Shown piece after piece: positions 50,624 through 59,863 of a stretch of DNA of 64,000 bases. The notes beneath the pieces were generated by a model, which saw nothing but the letters and a program-made list of their open reading frames with translations, made no database searches and had not been told where the DNA came from. Source of the DNA: an uncultured Bacilli bacterium (GTDB taxonomy: Bacteria; Bacillota_I; Bacilli_A; RF39; UBA660); contig CANQFD010000001.1 in assembly GCA_947598325.1 (NCBI GenBank), positions 138,570 to 202,569 of the forward strand, given 5' to 3'. The number at the start of each line of letters is the position of its first letter. The first letter of the stretch is position 1. Both the position numbers and the translations under genes were made by a program.

Positions 50624-53569
50624 TTAGTTTTTTAATTCTTCTAATTTTACACTAACAAGTTTAGAAACACCGGATTCTTGCATAGTTATACCATAAAGTA
50701 TATCAGCATACTCCATTGTTTTCTTTTTATGTGTAATTATTATAAACTGAGTATCACCTTTAAATTCAGTTAAATATTTACCAAAATTATCAACATTTGC
50801 TTCATCAAGTGCTGCCTCTACTTCGTCTAGTATACAAAATGGTACAGGTCTTGTTTTAAGTATTGCAAATAAAAGTGATATTGCAGTTAATGTTTTTTCT
50901 CCACCTGATAATAATGAAATGTGCTGAAGTTTTTTACCTGGTGGAAGAGCAACTATATCTATACCTGTTTCAAGTAAATTATGAGGATCAGTAAGTCTAA
51001 GTTCAGCATTACCTCCACCAAATAATTTTCTAAATATTTCTTTAAAATGAATTTGTACTACTTTAAATGTTTCATCGAATTTTTGTTTCATTACTTCATC
51101 CATTTCAGATATTATTTCAAGTAGCGTTTCTTCTGCGTTTATCAAATCACTTTTTTGTTTTTGTAAGAACTCGTATCTTTCTGATACTCTTTTATATTCA
51201 TCTATTGCTAGAACATTTACATCTCCAAGATTTCTAATTTCACTTTTTAATATATTAACACTTTTTCTTGCTTCATCTTCATTAATATCAAGTATATAGT
51301 TTTCTTTTGCTTTTTCATAGGTTATTGAATATTCTTCACTAAGTATATTAAGTAGATTATCTAATTTTACATCAAGTCTACTTATTTTTATTTCATGTTC
51401 TTTTAATTCATTTTGTAATTTATTAAACTCATAATTATTAGATTTAGCATTCGTTTCATTATTTACTAAATCATCTTTTTGTATTTCTAAATCTTTAATT
51501 ATTTCTTGTATTTCTATATTAAGTGTATCTCTTTCTTTTACAGTTTCATAATATTCATTTAATATTTCTTCTTCTTCATTTGTTACAACATTATTAATAG
51601 TATTTTCATTTGAATTAAGTTCTGATTCATATGAAGATTTTTGTCTTAATAATTCTTCTAGTTTCATATTTTTCTCATTTAAAGTATTAGAATTCGTTTC
51701 TATATTCAAAAGTATACTTTTCTTTTTATCTTCATAATTACTATATAATTCATCTATCTCATTTATTTTATTTTCTATTTCTTGTATTTCAGATTGTTTA
51801 CTATTCATTCTTTTAATAACATTTTCAAGTTCATATTTATCACTTATTATAGAACTTTTTTTAATGTTACCACCTGTTATGGATCCTCCTATATTTACTA
51901 CTTCTCCAGATAGAGTTACTACTTTATATCTATTTTTAATAGATTTTGATATATTATTTGCTGAATCAATATCTTTACATACTATTACTGTTCCAAGTAG
52001 ATTAAGCATTATATCTTTATATTTTATATCAAATTTTATAAGATTAGATGCGATATCAATAAAACCAGATTGCTTTTTTACTATATTATATACATCATTA
52101 TCTATACTTTTTGGTTTAATTACATTTAGTGGAAGAAATGTTGCTCTTCCTAAATTATTTTCTTTTAAATAGTTAATTGCTTCTTTAGCTGAAAGTTCAT
52201 TATCACAAATAATATGTGATGAAGCTGCTGCTAAAGCTATATCAATTGCAACACTATATTCTTCTTGTGTTTCAAATAATTTTGCTGCTACATTATGAAT
52301 ACCAGTAAGTCTAATATTATTAAGTACGTTTTTTACTCCATATGGAAGAGATGAATTATTCTCTAATGAATTAATTAATACTTCTCTCTTATGTTTTAAT
52401 TCTGTTACATTTCTAACTAATAAATTAAGTTCATTTAATAATCTATTTTTTTCATTTAAGGTAGTACTTAAATTATTGGAAATATTTTTTAATTTTTCTT
52501 CTAATTTTTTATTATCATCTGTATCACTTTTAAGTTCTTTATTTAATGTATCAATATTAGTATTAATACTTAATATTTTCTCTTTTAAATACAAGATATT
52601 ATCATGAAGTTTTATATCTTTTGAATTATATTTACCTCTTTCCTTAATAAGGTTTTTTTCACCTTCAAGTTTTGATACCTTTTCTGATATTTTAACAAGA
52701 TTTTGTTGTTTTTCATATAACTTATTATTTAAATTATTTATATTTAATTTTATTTGTTCTATATTTGCTTGTTCTTTTGATGATTTACTAATCATATTTG
52801 CAATTAAATCAGTTAAAGTTACAACTTTTTCTTTGCTATTTTTATATTCATAATTATATTTTTCTATATCATTTACAGTTAGAGCTATTTCTTTTTCTTT
52901 TAATTCTTCTTTTTTCTCTAAATACTTTTTAGCATCCTCTGATTGTTTTTTTAATGGTTCAATATTTATTTTTAATTCTTCTATTATATCATCTACTCTA
53001 GTCATATTATCATGAGTTTTATCAAGTTTTCTTAATGCTTCTATTTTTCTTTTTTTATATTTTATTACACCTGCTGCTTCCTCAAAAATTATCCTTCTAT
53101 CTTCTGATCTACTAGATAAGATATTTCCAACATCTCCTTGACTAATAATATTAAATGATTCTTTAGATGCTCCTGTATCTGTAAATAAATCAAGTATATC
53201 CTTAAGTCTTACTTTTTGATTATTAATAAAATATTCATTTTCACCAGATTTATATATAGTCCTTTTTATTACTACGTCATCTACATCAATATTTAAATAT
53301 CTATCGCTATTATCAAATATAAGCGTTACTGAAGCATAATTTGATGCCCTTCTACTCTTGCTACCAGAAAATATAACATCACTCATAGCTCCTTCTCCAC
53401 GTAGTTGTTTAACTGATTGTTCTCCAAGCACCCACCTAACAGCATCTACTATGTTACTTTTACCAGAACCATTTGGACCAACTATACCTGATATTTTATT
53501 TGTAAATTCAATATTAATTTGTTCTGCAAATGACTTAAAACCTACTGTTTTAATTGCTTTTAAATACAT
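50624..53569 (-). CDS. smc: Chromosome segregation protein SMC (short, 981 aa)
   Basis: [14 protein letters not shown], hinge [14 protein letters not shown] and LDEVEAALD. Confidence 0.96.
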   Translation of the reverse strand: MYLKAIKTVGFKSFAEQINIEFTNKISGIVGPNGSGKSNIVDAVRWVLGEQSVKQLRGEGAMSDVIFSGSKSRRASNYASVTLIFDNSDRYLNIDVDDVVIKRTIYKSGENEYFINNQKVRLKDILDLFTDTGASKESFNIISQGDVGNILSSRSEDRRIIFEEAAGVIKYKKRKIEALRKLDKTHDNMTRVDDIIEELKINIEPLKKQSEDAKKYLEKKEELKEKEIALTVNDIEKYNYEYKNSKEKVVTLTDLIANMISKSSKEQANIEQIKLNINNLNNKLYEKQQNLVKISEKVSKLEGEKNLIKERGKYNSKDIKLHDNILYLKEKILSINTNIDTLNKELKSDTDDNKKLEEKLKNISNNLSTTLNEKNRLLNELNLLVRNVTELKHKREVLINSLENNSSLPYGVKNVLNNIRLTGIHNVAAKLFETQEEYSVAIDIALAAASSHIICDNELSAKEAINYLKENNLGRATFLPLNVIKPKSIDNDVYNIVKKQSGFIDIASNLIKFDIKYKDIMLNLLGTVIVCKDIDSANNISKSIKNRYKVVTLSGEVVNIGGSITGGNIKKSSIISDKYELENVIKRMNSKQSEIQEIENKINEIDELYSNYEDKKKSILLNIETNSNTLNEKNMKLEELLRQKSSYESELNSNENTINNVVTNEEEEILNEYYETVKERDTLNIEIQEIIKDLEIQKDDLVNNETNAKSNNYEFNKLQNELKEHEIKISRLDVKLDNLLNILSEEYSITYEKAKENYILDINEDEARKSVNILKSEIRNLGDVNVLAIDEYKRVSERYEFLQKQKSDLINAEETLLEIISEMDEVMKQKFDETFKVVQIHFKEIFRKLFGGGNAELRLTDPHNLLETGIDIVALPPGKKLQHISLLSGGEKTLTAISLLFAILKTRPVPFCILDEVEAALDEANVDNFGKYLTEFKGDTQFIIITHKKKTMEYADILYGITMQESGVSKLVSVKLEELKN

Positions 53570-53718
53570 ATTATCAACTTCCTACTTATTTTGTACTTAT
53601 ATATTATACAATAAAGATATCTTTTAAGCAAGAAACCAAATATAGGTAAAATATTTTATTTTAGGTTTAAAATAAATAAATAATATGTTAAAATAACAAT
53701 AATAAGGAGTCTTTTAGC

Positions 53719-54537
53719 ATGGTAAATAAGAAGAAATATATAATAATCATTATGTATGTATTATTTATATTATCACTAATTTTATTAATTACATTATTAA
53801 CTATACTTATTAATTGGAATAAAGATAATAAGAAGACTGATAAACAAGTTGATGAAATAAATGATATGGTTAAAATTAGAGAAATAGAAAAAGAAGATGA
53901 CAATGTAGAAAATGTTAATCCTCCAGTTAATAATGTTACAAGTGATTATTGGTATTATATAGGCATGAATTTACTTGATGTTGATTTTAATAATTTAATA
54001 GAAAAAAATAGTGATACAGTAGCTTGGCTTAATGTAGGAGGAACTAATATAAATTATCCAGTTGTGCAAACAAGTGATAATGATTATTATTTAAAGCATT
54101 CTTTTAAAAAAGAATATACTGATGCAGGATGGGTATTTATGGATTATAGAAATAATAAAGATTTTAATAATAAAAATACCATTATTTATGGTCATTCTAG
54201 ATTAAATAAAACAATGTTTGGTTCACTTAAAAATGTTATAACAAATAATTGGTTTAATAAAAAAGAAAATCATATAGTAAGAATATCTACTCCTTCTTAT
54301 AACTATCTATATCAAGTATTTAGTACATATAAGATTGAAACTGAAAATTATTATTTGACTACTGAATTTACAAATGAAGAATATATGTCATTTTTAGAAA
54401 ATATTAAAAGAAGAAGTGTATTTAAATATGATGTTGCTCTAAATGAAAATGATAAAATTATAACTTTATCTACTTGTTCAAGTAATAATACAAAAATAGT
54501 ATTACATGCAAAATTAATTAAACTACAAAAAAAATGA
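53719..54537 (+). CDS. srtB: Class B sortase
   Basis: N-terminal TM helix; VAWLNV.GTNINYPVVQ..DNDYYL, IYGH and TLSTC. Confidence 0.9.
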   Translation: MVNKKKYIIIIMYVLFILSLILLITLLTILINWNKDNKKTDKQVDEINDMVKIREIEKEDDNVENVNPPVNNVTSDYWYYIGMNLLDVDFNNLIEKNSDTVAWLNVGGTNINYPVVQTSDNDYYLKHSFKKEYTDAGWVFMDYRNNKDFNNKNTIIYGHSRLNKTMFGSLKNVITNNWFNKKENHIVRISTPSYNYLYQVFSTYKIETENYYLTTEFTNEEYMSFLENIKRRSVFKYDVALNENDKIITLSTCSSNNTKIVLHAKLIKLQKK

Positions 54538-54541
54538 TATT

Positions 54542-55207
54542 TCAATCATTTTTTATTTTTGCCTGTTTATTTAGTGCATCTTTTGCTGCCTCTTGTTCTG
54601 CTTCTTTTTTACTGTTTGCACTCCCCTTACCTAATATCATATCATCTACTTTTACAACAGCTGTAAATGTTTTGTTATGTGGCATTCCTACTTCACTGAT
54701 AACTTCATATGTTGCACTATTTTTATCTGTTTGAACTAGTTCTTGAAGAACTGATTTGTAATCATTAAAATAAAATTCTTCTTTATCTTCTATCGCTCTA
54801 ACTACCACATCATATATTATTTCTTTAACCTTTTCTAAACCGTAACTTAAATAAATAGCTGCTAAAAAAGCTTCAAATACATCCGCTAATATAGCCTTTC
54901 TATTTCTTCCTCCTGTTGCTTCTTCCCCTTTACCTAATCTTAAATATTTACCAAAATCAAGTTTTTTTGAATATTCATATAGAGCATTTTCACAAACATA
55001 GCATGCTCTAATCTTTGTCATTTCACCTTCTTTTAAATGTTCACTAATATATAGATATTCACTAATAACAAAATCAAGTATTTTATCACCTAAAAATTCT
55101 AATCTTTCATAGTCTTCACCTTTTTTATTTTCATTTACATATGAAGAATGTGTAAATGCTCTTTTTATTAAACTATTATTTAAATCTATATTGTATTTTT
55201 CAAGCAT
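54542..55207 (-). CDS. rnc: Ribonuclease III
   Basis: AFTHSSY, YERLEFLGD, ADVFEA, DYKSVLQE and SKKEAEQEAA. Confidence 0.97.
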   Translation of the reverse strand: MLEKYNIDLNNSLIKRAFTHSSYVNENKKGEDYERLEFLGDKILDFVISEYLYISEHLKEGEMTKIRACYVCENALYEYSKKLDFGKYLRLGKGEEATGGRNRKAILADVFEAFLAAIYLSYGLEKVKEIIYDVVVRAIEDKEEFYFNDYKSVLQELVQTDKNSATYEVISEVGMPHNKTFTAVVKVDDMILGKGSANSKKEAEQEAAKDALNKQAKIKND

Positions 55208-55360
55208 ATATAATCACCAAGATAATTTTAACACAATTTATATTAAAAATAAAGAAAGCATACTTGACTATTTTGGACATTTTTTCAAAAATTAAACTAT
55301 ATACTTTACGCATAATAAAAATAAAACTACTATTAAACTAGTTTTTATGTTAAAATATAG

Positions 55361-55591
55361 ATGGTGAAGAAAATGAAATATTTGATGATATTTTTAATAA
55401 AAGTTTATCAAAATATTCCAGGAGATTTCCATAATGCTTGTAGATTTACACCTACTTGTTCAAGTTATGCTATAGAAGCATATGAAAAATATGGATTTTT
55501 TAAGGGAAGTTTTTTAACACTAAAAAGATTAATAAAATGTACACCTTTTGGATCATATGGTTATGATCCTGTACCAAATAGGAGGAAATAA
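55361..55591 (+). CDS. yidD: Membrane protein insertion efficiency factor YidD
   Basis: [11 protein letters not shown]...[14 protein letters not shown]. Confidence 0.92.
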   Translation: MVKKMKYLMIFLIKVYQNIPGDFHNACRFTPTCSSYAIEAYEKYGFFKGSFLTLKRLIKCTPFGSYGYDPVPNRRK

Positions 55592-56454
55592 TGAAAAAAG
55601 TTTTTAGTTTTATTATATTATTTATAAGTATTTTTATGTTAACAGGGTGTTTTGAAGAAGATTCTATGGAGGATATAAAAATATATACTAGTCTTTATCC
55701 AATAGAATATGTATCTGAAAGATTATATAGTGATTACTCAAATATATCTAGTTTTTATCCAAATGATATTAATCCCTACTCATATAAATTAACAAACAAA
55801 CAATTAAAGGATTATAGTAAAAGTAACCTAATAATATATAATGGACTTGATAAAGAAAAAAATTATATTGTTAGTATGTTAAATAATAATAAAAATTTAA
55901 AAATAATTGATGCATCTGCTAGAATAGAATATACATATACTATGGATGAAATATGGATTAATCCATCTAATCTTTTAACAATAGCGCAAAATGTCAGAAA
56001 TGGACTTAAAGAATATATTGATAGTACATATTTAAAAAAAGAAATAGATAATAATTATGAGAATCTAAAACTTGAGATATCTACCATTGATGCTGAAATG
56101 AAGGAAATGGTACAAAATGCTAGTAATAAAACAATTATAGTAAGTAGTAATGATTTTAAATTTTTAGAAAAATATGGTTTTAATGTAGTATCTCTTGATG
56201 ATAGCACAATTACTGACAAAATAATATCTGATACAAAGAAATCTATTGCTAATAAAGAAGTTAGTTATATATTTATGAAAAAGGATGAAAAACAAAATAA
56301 TACAATAGTAGATATTAAAAAATCTTATCCAACTATTGAAATTATTAATATTGATATGTTAAATAACATATCTACTGATGATAAAAACAATAAAAAAGAT
56401 TATATAACAATTATGTATGAAAATATTGATAAATTTAAAAAAGAATTATATTAA
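55591..56454 (+). CDS. Lipoprotein of the ZnuA/TroA (cluster A-I) solute-binding fold, metal ligands degenerate
   Basis: Lipobox LTGC; IYTSLYPIEY, IIYNG, IWINP and YITIMYEN match the ZnuA layout; no His in the sequence. Confidence 0.75.
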   Translation: MKKVFSFIILFISIFMLTGCFEEDSMEDIKIYTSLYPIEYVSERLYSDYSNISSFYPNDINPYSYKLTNKQLKDYSKSNLIIYNGLDKEKNYIVSMLNNNKNLKIIDASARIEYTYTMDEIWINPSNLLTIAQNVRNGLKEYIDSTYLKKEIDNNYENLKLEISTIDAEMKEMVQNASNKTIIVSSNDFKFLEKYGFNVVSLDDSTITDKIISDTKKSIANKEVSYIFMKKDEKQNNTIVDIKKSYPTIEIINIDMLNNISTDDKNNKKDYITIMYENIDKFKKELY

Positions 56455-56478
56455 TTTAAGTTAAAAAAAGTATTATTT

Positions 56479-56514
56479 AAAACCTAGTTGAGTTTTATAT
56501 TCAACTAGGTTTTT
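56479..56514. terminator. Intrinsic terminator between convergent genes
   Basis: AAAACCTAGTTGA-loop-TCAACTAGGTTTT. Confidence 0.8.
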
Positions 56515-56653
56515 ATATTTATTTTATCAAAATAAAAGTATACACTTTTTTATGTACACTTTTATCTTACAACTTCAGCATTTAATAATCATTACCAATT
56601 TCTTTTTTTATCTTTTATTTCATATATAATTTTTTATAAAAATATCTACTTTT

Positions 56654-57640
56654 TTAAATAAATTTTAATAAAATCATAGCTAATACCGCTAAGGCATTTT
56701 GAAGAAAATGAAAGGATATATTACTCCATAAATTGTTAGTTTTATAATAAATTGATGCTAAAAAACATCCAAGTGTTCCATATGTAAACATATATAATAA
56801 CTCTATTGGAGTTTTAAAATCGTCAATAACATGTAGTATTCCAAATGTGAAACCACTTATTATTATAAATGCATACTTGTTTGATAAAAATTTTCTAAAA
56901 ACTCCCCTAAATAATAGTTCTTCTACAATTGGAGCATAAATTGTAGTTAAAATTATAACTAATATTGGGATATTATCAAACATTGTTTGTATACTTTGCT
57001 GATTTGTTGAATTGTCAGTATTTGTTATAAGTTGTACAGCAATATTTATTATTCCTACAAATAGTAATGATTTTAGCCAAGTTTTTAATACTAATGAACT
57101 ATATTCTTTAAAATATTCTTTAAAAATTTTAAAATCATGTATTAATTGTTTTCTAAATGGAATAGTTATACTAATAAATATTATTATATATATTACCCAA
57201 TTATAATTTTTATTTTTTATATAATTTGGAACTACAAACATTAAAAGCATACATATTATAAATATTATTAAACAAATCCATTTATTTGTATATTGTTCTA
57301 ACTTTATATCAGGAAGCATTCTTACTTCTCTTTTCTTTCCTTTATCCAAATTAGAATATACCATAATACCTAATATACCTGATATTAAATTTAGTAATAA
57401 AAATAATATAGAGAATATTAATATCGGTTTACTATGTTTATTTAAATCTATTTTTTTGTTTGTTAAAAAAATAAAATAAACTATACCTATCAAGGATATA
57501 ACAAATATAGAAATATTAAAAATATTATCAAATGTTTTATTAGTTATAATAGCTCCTTTATAGCTTAAATATATAATATTTAATATTACATATATTAGCA
57601 TGCATATAGATGCATATAACAATTTTTTCTTATCTTTCAT
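56654..57640 (-). CDS. CPBP (CAAX protease/Abi) family intramembrane metalloprotease
   Basis: APIVEELLFRG, FGILH and HFLQN, preceded by extra N-terminal TM helices. Confidence 0.9.
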   Translation of the reverse strand: MKDKKKLLYASICMLIYVILNIIYLSYKGAIITNKTFDNIFNISIFVISLIGIVYFIFLTNKKIDLNKHSKPILIFSILFLLLNLISGILGIMVYSNLDKGKKREVRMLPDIKLEQYTNKWICLIIFIICMLLMFVVPNYIKNKNYNWVIYIIIFISITIPFRKQLIHDFKIFKEYFKEYSSLVLKTWLKSLLFVGIINIAVQLITNTDNSTNQQSIQTMFDNIPILVIILTTIYAPIVEELLFRGVFRKFLSNKYAFIIISGFTFGILHVIDDFKTPIELLYMFTYGTLGCFLASIYYKTNNLWSNISFHFLQNALAVLAMILLKFI

Positions 57641-57668
57641 ATTAGCCTCCTATGAACTAATTATAACA

Positions 57669-57902
57669 CTATTTAATTAAAGTTTCTACTAAAATAACAT
57701 CTTCCCCTATTTTATTTATCTGATTCCAATATATTTCAATTTCATCTTGACTAGAAAACATAAATGAAAATTTCTTTTTTTCTAATATAAGTGATTCTAT
57801 TTTACCAGTTTCACTATTTACTTTAACATCAATAATATTTCCAACTTTTATACCTGTATTTATATTAATTACATCCATATTTTGTATTTCAGATAATCTC
57901 AT
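57669..57902 (-). CDS. ylmC: YlmC/YmxH-family sporulation PRC-barrel protein
   Basis: MRLSEIQNMDVININTG..VG.I.D...I.W.QI.KIGEDVILV; near sigG. Confidence 0.85.
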   Translation of the reverse strand: MRLSEIQNMDVININTGIKVGNIIDVKVNSETGKIESLILEKKKFSFMFSSQDEIEIYWNQINKIGEDVILVETLIK

Positions 57903-57961
57903 TACTACACCTCTAATATAGTTTATGATTAAATAAAAACAACAATGATTAATTGTTGTTT

Positions 57962-58855
57962 CTATTTAGTTTTTATTAATTTTTTATTATTTTCATCATA
58001 TAGTTTTTTTCCGTTTCTTAATTGATTTTCAGCACTTCTCATTAAATTTATCCAATGATGATTTATGCTATCTGGACAATATATATGTTCAATTTTTTCA
58101 TAAGTATTTAATCCTTTATCAAAATATCCTTGTTTTAAATTTAATAATCCTTCTAAAATTCCTTGTTCTAGACTATCAAATATTTTAAAATTCCCACTTT
58201 GTAATCTATATGAATATGGATTTTTATTATAAGTTGCTATATCAGCTGTAAAAAATCCAGATTCTCCGCATGCAATTGCAAGTGCCATATATCTATCTAT
58301 ATTAAAGGCATCAGCATATTTATATACCATCTGTCTGATACTTAAATCTGATTTATATTCTTCATCTAATGATATATCTTCCATATTATAACCATACAAA
58401 CTTGGATTTTCTGCTATTCTTTTTGAAAGTAATATAACCTGCATATCAAGTGTATCATAAATTTTGGAATCACCCATTATATTTTTATTTTTATATAATT
58501 CATTTTTAGTAACACCTGCTACATTATAGAATATTTCATTTATAACTATTTCTGGTTTAATATTAAATACATATGAATAGTCATAACACATTTCTATGCA
58601 CTCATCTATAATTGGACCCTTAGAAGATATTTCAAAGAATTCACATTCATTATTAGTACTAGAAACTGATATAGTGTCAGCATATACTTTTTTCTCATCA
58701 ATTTTATTAATATCAAATTTTACATAAGATAATGCTAAAACTGATGCAAATATTAATATTTTACTAGTATCTACTATCTTAACTCTTTTTTTAGGACATG
58801 TATCTCTTACTATAGTTATATTACTTATTCTTTTTTTATCTCTATATAATTTCAT
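57962..58855 (-). CDS. Membrane-anchored lysozyme-fold cell-wall hydrolase-like protein
   Basis: N-terminal hydrophobic segment; YADAFNIDRYMALAIACGESG and FDSLEQGI...GLNTYEKIEHIYCP...W; TTGCAT-17-TACAAT promoter. Confidence 0.6.
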   Translation of the reverse strand: MKLYRDKKRISNITIVRDTCPKKRVKIVDTSKILIFASVLALSYVKFDINKIDEKKVYADTISVSSTNNECEFFEISSKGPIIDECIEMCYDYSYVFNIKPEIVINEIFYNVAGVTKNELYKNKNIMGDSKIYDTLDMQVILLSKRIAENPSLYGYNMEDISLDEEYKSDLSIRQMVYKYADAFNIDRYMALAIACGESGFFTADIATYNKNPYSYRLQSGNFKIFDSLEQGILEGLLNLKQGYFDKGLNTYEKIEHIYCPDSINHHWINLMRSAENQLRNGKKLYDENNKKLIKTK

Positions 58856-58960
58856 ATTAACCCCCCCAAATACGTATAAAAACCAATTTTAGTTGGTATT
58901 GTATCATAAAATACTAATTAATGCAACATATTTGAGAGATTTTGCCCTTTAGATAATAAA

Positions 58961-59740
58961 TCATTTTATTAACTTTTTTACATTATTAATGGCATTTTTT
59001 TCTATTCTAGATACCTGAGCTTGACTAATTCCAAGTTCATCGCTTATTTCCATTTGAGTTCTACCCATAATAAATCTTTGTAGTAAAATAAATTGTTCCT
59101 TTTTTTTCAATTTATTAATAGCACTTTCAAGTAATATTTTGTTATCCCAATTATTACTTGATTCTTTTTTATTTTCAATTTGATCAACTAAATATATAGT
59201 TTCTCCTCCATCATCATATATAGGATCAAACATACTAATAATATTTTTTGTAGCTTCTAAAGCATTAACAATATCAATTTCATTTACACCAATTTTTTTT
59301 GATATTTCTTCATTTGTTGCCTCTCTTCCTAGTTCTATCATTATTTCTTCTTTTGTTTTTAATGCCTTATATGCGATATCTTTTAAACTCCTTGATACTC
59401 TAATTATACTATTATTATCTCTTAAATATCTTCTAACTTCTCCTATTATCATTGGAACTGCATATGTAGAAAATTTTACATTATATGATAGATCAAAATT
59501 ATCTATTGCTTTAACAAGTCCTACACATCCAACTTGGAATAAATCATCCATGTTGTCCGTTCTATTATTAAATCTTTTCAATATACTTAAAACTAGTCTC
59601 AAGTTTCCATTAATTAAATCTTCTCTTGCAAATTTATCTCCTTTTTTCATTTTTTCGAATAATTCTAAGTGTTGTTTTTGTGATAATGTTATTAAATTAG
59701 ATGTATTTATACCAGTTATATCTACTTTATGTTTTGCCAT
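58961..59740 (-). CDS. sigG: Forespore sigma factor SigG
   Basis: MAKHKVDITGINTSNL, LINGNLRLVLSILKRF, DDLFQVGCVGL, IIGEVRRYLRDN and TQMEISDELGISQAQVSR. Confidence 0.96.
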   Translation of the reverse strand: MAKHKVDITGINTSNLITLSQKQHLELFEKMKKGDKFAREDLINGNLRLVLSILKRFNNRTDNMDDLFQVGCVGLVKAIDNFDLSYNVKFSTYAVPMIIGEVRRYLRDNNSIIRVSRSLKDIAYKALKTKEEIMIELGREATNEEISKKIGVNEIDIVNALEATKNIISMFDPIYDDGGETIYLVDQIENKKESSNNWDNKILLESAINKLKKKEQFILLQRFIMGRTQMEISDELGISQAQVSRIEKNAINNVKKLIK

Positions 59741-59800
59741 AATGTTCTCCCTTCAAATAGATTTTGGATAAATACATAAAATTTATACATTAAAATGAAA

Positions 59801-59839
59801 AAAATAGATAAATTTATCTATTTTAAATTTATCTATTTT
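59801..59839. terminator. Long hairpin with an internal 15-bp tandem duplication
   Basis: AAAATAGATAAATTT pairs with AAATTTATCTATTTT, which occurs twice in tandem (59810-59824, 59825-59839). Confidence 0.7.
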
Positions 59840-59863
59840 TAGTATTATTAATTAGATTTTAAA

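Noticed and set aside
59810-59839. 15-bp tandem repeat as a target-site duplication of a mobile element
   Set aside because: The copies are adjacent rather than flanking the ABC gene, and they are explained by the terminator stem; no transposase is present.
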